Part shown: positions 41,204 to 45,078 of the stretch, one piece after another
Numbering within the stretch: the stretch's first letter is position 1
How the letters are laid out: each line of letters begins with the position of its first letter
From: Microcoleaceae cyanobacterium
GTDB taxonomy: Bacteria; Cyanobacteriota; Cyanobacteriia; Cyanobacteriales; Microcoleaceae
DNA length: 45,078 bases
Assembly: GCA_051652765.1 (NCBI GenBank)
Contig: JBOFUV010000116.1
Span: 1-45,078 of the forward strand
Reading direction: 5' to 3'
Program-made: the position numbers and the translations under genes
Notes under the pieces: generated by a model
Told to the model about the DNA's origin: nothing
Database searches by the model: none
What the model saw: the letters and a program-made list of their open reading frames with translations, nothing else

Positions 41204-43171
41204 ATGGCAGAAACAGCCCTCGGCTATCAAGACGGCCCGTCTATTTCTGAAGTCAAAGAAACTCTAAGAGAAGTTGCCTCACAAGATCCTCACTTAGATA
41301 CCTTTGAGGAAAGATCAAGTCCTTACGATGAGGGAGACAAAGGGATAGAAGAAGTCCGTAGACAGAGAGAGCTGCAAGATCTAGAGATTGCAGTTGAAGA
41401 ATTGGATATTGACGCTCAACAAACTTACTTTGATGAATACGATGGCTCTGCCGGGGGGCTGAGGAAAGATAGAGATATCAACAGGGGAATAGACAAGGGC
41501 AATCCTACTGAGTTCATGAGAGATGAAATAGAAGAAGGTCATTCTAGTGCTACTTTTGAGAGTTTCGAGGGATCTGAAGGAATGGATCTTTGGCCCGAAA
41601 TCGAAGAAGCCATCAAGGATGGGGCTACCGCTGCCGAAGAGGAGAATAATTCCTCAGCACATAGAGAGACTCAGTTTGGAGAGGGTAGTACTACGGTTAA
41701 TGGAAGGAAAGTAGATCGAAAAGGACTTAAAGACTGGCTTGAATCAGTGGGGCCTAGCAAGTGGGGAATTGGAAAAAGCTATAGCCAGCTTGCTCACGAA
41801 ACAAGGGTTAGAAGCAGTAAAGGTGGTGTAAGCATATCTACTGGAGGGTTTAGTAAACGAATAAAAGTAGGGGGGATCGTTAGGTATGACGATCTATACT
41901 TTCAACGCCCTTGGAGTTCGAGTAATCCATATGGGAGTCCGGCAAGTAATGACTATGCTCGCGCTTACTGTGAAGGGCTATCATCTGCAAGCTTTGGCGG
42001 TAGCAATGCGTCCGGATCTAAGAGGGCAGAAACTCGCAGGGAATCGGATAGCGGCATCAGCGGCGGAAGATGGCTAAGTCCTAGGGAACTAATTGATGAT
42101 TTATTTTTTTTCCCTGAGGGTCATTATGGTTGCGGTTATGATATATGCCCTAAAAATACGACCCGAACATGGGTTGAACGAAACGGAGTTGTTGTTACTT
42201 CTACGCATCACAGAACCTACAAAGGTAGCCAGTCAGCAGTAATTGGTGGGTATGATCTAGATGGTGGCTTAATAGATGTTCCTCCAAGAATAATTATCGA
42301 TGACTCTATGGAAAAGTCTTGCTGTCAGATGATTGCGCGAATTTACGATGTCATTAATCCGGATCAATATCCCGGAGAGATGCCATCTACCATGCTTAAT
42401 GACGATCCCGATCCTAAAACAATTAATTCCCTCACTGACTTGCTGCTTCACAAATTTCGCTTATGGGACGAGGCAACGGGTCAGTATCCAGTGAAAATCA
42501 AAATTCCTGACGCGGATCGAACCCAGGAAGGGGAACAGAGCCTTGATCTAAAATTTCCTAATCAAGCCGAACTTTTGGCAGAAATTTACGGGTTAGTGAT
42601 GAACCAGAGCGTAGACAATGACCTCTATGAAGATTATCTAGCCCGAATCATTACTGAGATAGGCTTAACTCGAATATCGGCACGACAGGCTTATGATGCC
42701 TTGAAAGAGATCTTAGACTGGCTAGGGGTTGACTGGGAAAAACGAGAAGGCAAGATGCAAATGACCTTTACGCCGGGGGAGGAGATGGCCGAAAAAGTAC
42801 TGCAAAATTCAACCCAACCCTATCAGCAACCTCATATTAAAGAGGGAGAACAAAGTCTAAAGGAAATTCTCCAACAGCTTCTAAATGCTGCTGCAATTAT
42901 CCGCTCCGTTCACTTCAGACCAGTAGACAGGAAGGGGGATGTTAAAGGGCAAATTATCAACAACCTCAAGCGAGGTATTGACTTGTATGACAAGCTCTCT
43001 AACATTGAAAGCAAGTCTGACGATGGTCAATCATGGGAAAAATTTAAGGAGATGGTTCAAGCCAATTTTTCGACACCTGGAGATACTCAGAAAAGTGATA
43101 ATCCCCTAATCAAAGATTTCAAACCAGGAAGCGTCCCAGGCTCCAGTCCCAAACCCAAGTCCCAACCCTAA
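41204..43171 (+). CDS. Large hypothetical protein (acidic N-terminus, Gly/Ser-rich middle, helical C-terminus)
   Basis: 655-aa uninterrupted ORF. Confidence 0.7.
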   Translation: MAETALGYQDGPSISEVKETLREVASQDPHLDTFEERSSPYDEGDKGIEEVRRQRELQDLEIAVEELDIDAQQTYFDEYDGSAGGLRKDRDINRGIDKGNPTEFMRDEIEEGHSSATFESFEGSEGMDLWPEIEEAIKDGATAAEEENNSSAHRETQFGEGSTTVNGRKVDRKGLKDWLESVGPSKWGIGKSYSQLAHETRVRSSKGGVSISTGGFSKRIKVGGIVRYDDLYFQRPWSSSNPYGSPASNDYARAYCEGLSSASFGGSNASGSKRAETRRESDSGISGGRWLSPRELIDDLFFFPEGHYGCGYDICPKNTTRTWVERNGVVVTSTHHRTYKGSQSAVIGGYDLDGGLIDVPPRIIIDDSMEKSCCQMIARIYDVINPDQYPGEMPSTMLNDDPDPKTINSLTDLLLHKFRLWDEATGQYPVKIKIPDADRTQEGEQSLDLKFPNQAELLAEIYGLVMNQSVDNDLYEDYLARIITEIGLTRISARQAYDALKEILDWLGVDWEKREGKMQMTFTPGEEMAEKVLQNSTQPYQQPHIKEGEQSLKEILQQLLNAAAIIRSVHFRPVDRKGDVKGQIINNLKRGIDLYDKLSNIESKSDDGQSWEKFKEMVQANFSTPGDTQKSDNPLIKDFKPGSVPGSSPKPKSQP

Positions 43172-43270
43172 ACATGAATTTGACAGATTAATACAACGAG
43201 ACAAAGCGATCTCAATTTGACCCTAGCTTTTAATCCTAAAAAGTCTCTAGAGAGTAATTTCAAAATGGTT

Positions 43271-43370
43271 AGGGTTTAAATTCTAATAACCAGAGTTTAA
43301 ATTTTAATAGTCAGAGTTTAAATTTTAATAGTTAGGGCTTAAATTCTAGTGGCTAGGATTTAAATTCTAA
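43271..43370. repeat. 5 x 21-bp AT-rich direct repeats (AGRGTTTAAATTYTAATARYY)
   Basis: Units start at 43271, 43292, 43313, 43334, 43355. Confidence 0.85.
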
Positions 43371-43452
43371 AATTGTCTTAAAAGGTCTCGCAAATTATCT
43401 AAAACTTCCCTAATCCCAAACCCAACCCCAAACCCAACCCCAAACCCAGATC

Positions 43453-44991
43453 ATGAGCTTTGCTATTCTTGCTAAAAATTTGCCCTCAAGAAAGGTCAGG
43501 GCGGCAATCACCGGATCACCTGGCGGGGTGAGGATCTTTGCCAAGTCCGATGAACTGGCGGCGGCGGCCTCTGGTATTGGGGGATTTATCAGGTCTGCAT
43601 TCAGGCGGCTGGTTGGGTTCATCTCTCAAGCCCTGAATTTGGCATTTCAAGCTATTCGGTTCTCGTTCACTAAGTTGTGGCAGTGGACAGTTAATACTGT
43701 TCAGTACTTGTGGACATTCAACTGGGACGTGTCCGATACAAGCATCGATGCTGAACTTCAGAGGATGTGGAATTCAACTGGAGGACTGCTAGGAGGGTTT
43801 GCCGGACAACTCGTTGGTTGGACTGCTTGCGGGTTCGCTCCAGGTGCTGTCATTGCTGTATTTAATGAACCCCTTGGACGTTACCTCATGGCGGAAGTTG
43901 GGCAAGAGGCAGTAGAGGAGCTGGCTGGATCACTTGCATCTATCATTCAAATCAGCGCTCAAAACCTTGCTAAGGCAACATTTCTGTGGACGTTTAAGTC
44001 AATCAGGAGTCTAATCAAGCGCGGGTTGAAGCCTCAAGGTATCGATCTAACGGGTTGGGGGAACGATGAAGAAAAGGACTGGAGTTTTGCGAGACAGCTA
44101 CAAAAGAAGGTTGGAAGTATCCAAAATGAATGGTGGCAAGAATTCGTTGAAGAGTTCTTCGAGGAAGCGTTTGACAGTTGCCAAGAGGCAGGATATGCCC
44201 TGGCTGGAGCTGCCGATAGTTGGTATGCTCAACAGGAAGAATTGAAGCGTTCAGGGTTGTTAGGACAAAGTCGAACAATTGAGTTTTACCCAAACAAGGA
44301 AGTCAAGTCCGAACGTCTGATCCTCACGGGCCCCGAACAATTAGTTAAAGCCGGGGTAATTTCCGCTCTCAATACCAGGGAGCTGCTGGATAACCGACAA
44401 GCTGAGATGGTGAGCAGTCAGGTGGATTTGGATGTCATCACTCCATTAGAATCGGTTGGCTTGGAATTAAAGCTAGAATTCTACAACTTTCCCGAAACGC
44501 CTTATTTTACTAAAGACCGAAGGAAGGATGTAGTCAGAAGTCAATTAGTTGTCCCTAATGCAAACCGAGCCAAACTGGGCTGGAACGAATTTAAGGGATT
44601 GTTCTCAGGGCAAGTTTTCAGCAAGGGAATTTATAGTGGTCTAGCAGTTCTAGACAACGGTAAAAGATTGAAGTTGTACGCTTCAAGCGAACAAGAAGTT
44701 GAGCAAATGTTAGTCAAAATGGCTCAATTGACAACCGCTGAAATTATTTATCCATTGCACATTACCAAGCGAACAAAGTTTGAAGATACCGCTAAAAAGC
44801 CAGACATCAAACCTCAATACTTAGGCTACGTTCACATCGTCAACTGGCCTAAAATCACCAACTACCAAAAGAAGAAAGGAATTAGACCAACTGGCAAGTA
44901 TGGCAAGGTTAGACTCCCGATGCAGGCAAAAGAAAAACCGAGCTGGTGGGATGAGGATTTAAGAAAAGCTCTGTCTACAGGTCTAGCCTAG
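43453..44991 (+). CDS. Hypothetical protein with Trp-rich amphipathic and Gly-zipper helices
   Basis: 512-aa ORF; GGLLGGFAGQLVGW segment; followed by a terminator. Confidence 0.7.
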   Translation: MSFAILAKNLPSRKVRAAITGSPGGVRIFAKSDELAAAASGIGGFIRSAFRRLVGFISQALNLAFQAIRFSFTKLWQWTVNTVQYLWTFNWDVSDTSIDAELQRMWNSTGGLLGGFAGQLVGWTACGFAPGAVIAVFNEPLGRYLMAEVGQEAVEELAGSLASIIQISAQNLAKATFLWTFKSIRSLIKRGLKPQGIDLTGWGNDEEKDWSFARQLQKKVGSIQNEWWQEFVEEFFEEAFDSCQEAGYALAGAADSWYAQQEELKRSGLLGQSRTIEFYPNKEVKSERLILTGPEQLVKAGVISALNTRELLDNRQAEMVSSQVDLDVITPLESVGLELKLEFYNFPETPYFTKDRRKDVVRSQLVVPNANRAKLGWNEFKGLFSGQVFSKGIYSGLAVLDNGKRLKLYASSEQEVEQMLVKMAQLTTAEIIYPLHITKRTKFEDTAKKPDIKPQYLGYVHIVNWPKITNYQKKKGIRPTGKYGKVRLPMQAKEKPSWWDEDLRKALSTGLA

Positions 44992-45027
44992 AAAAGTTGC
45001 TGCACCTCTAGAGGCGCAGCAACTTTT
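44992..45027. terminator. Bidirectional-type intrinsic terminator
   Basis: AAAAGTTGCTGCACCTC-TA-GAGGCGCAGCAACTTTT. Confidence 0.8.
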
Positions 45028-45078
45028 GATAGCTTGCCAGAAACAAAAATTTTATTAATGATGAAAAAGTCCAGTTAA

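Larger units (their letters stand above)
34571..45078. mobile_element. Integrated prophage/plasmid-like element with a terminal IS110 bridge recombinase; runs past the window end
   Basis: Interrupts a GNAT gene; junction matches bridge-RNA guides; carries an RHH regulator, a tyrosine recombinase and a run of hypothetical genes; 5' part of the GNAT gene not found in the window. Confidence 0.75.

Overview
Cyanobacterial chromosomal window (frequent HIP1 GCGATCGC octamers, short tandem repeats, grpE-dnaK-dnaJ, leuCD, NrtA/CmpA-type ABC transporter) with three parts. (1) 1-6870: a decayed integron. It has three ~86-bp attC sites, an attI-like core, a 27-codon intI stub, a DUF433/DUF5615 toxin-antitoxin cassette and a duplicated gene-less cassette. 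Next to it is a 4.4-kb segment bracketed by inverted arrays of 22-bp GTTGATC repeats. (2) 7.2-34.3 kb: accessory and housekeeping genes, including a Pepco-like/caspase pair, a secreted cyanophycinase-like protein and an ABC operon behind a c-di-AMP riboswitch. (3) 34571 to the window end: the most interesting part, a prophage/plasmid-like element of at least 10.5 kb whose terminal recombinase is an IS110-family DEDD enzyme. Directly upstream of that gene is a predicted bridge RNA with two structurally parallel guide loops. Two of its four guides match the element/host junction at 34566-34578 (GAA core), and the third restores the reading frame of an interrupted GNAT acetyltransferase gene. This suggests a large mobile element that uses an RNA-guided bridge recombinase as its integrase. 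It also carries an RHH switch, a tyrosine recombinase and putative virion-like genes. All assignments come from motif recognition and folding by eye; no searches were run.
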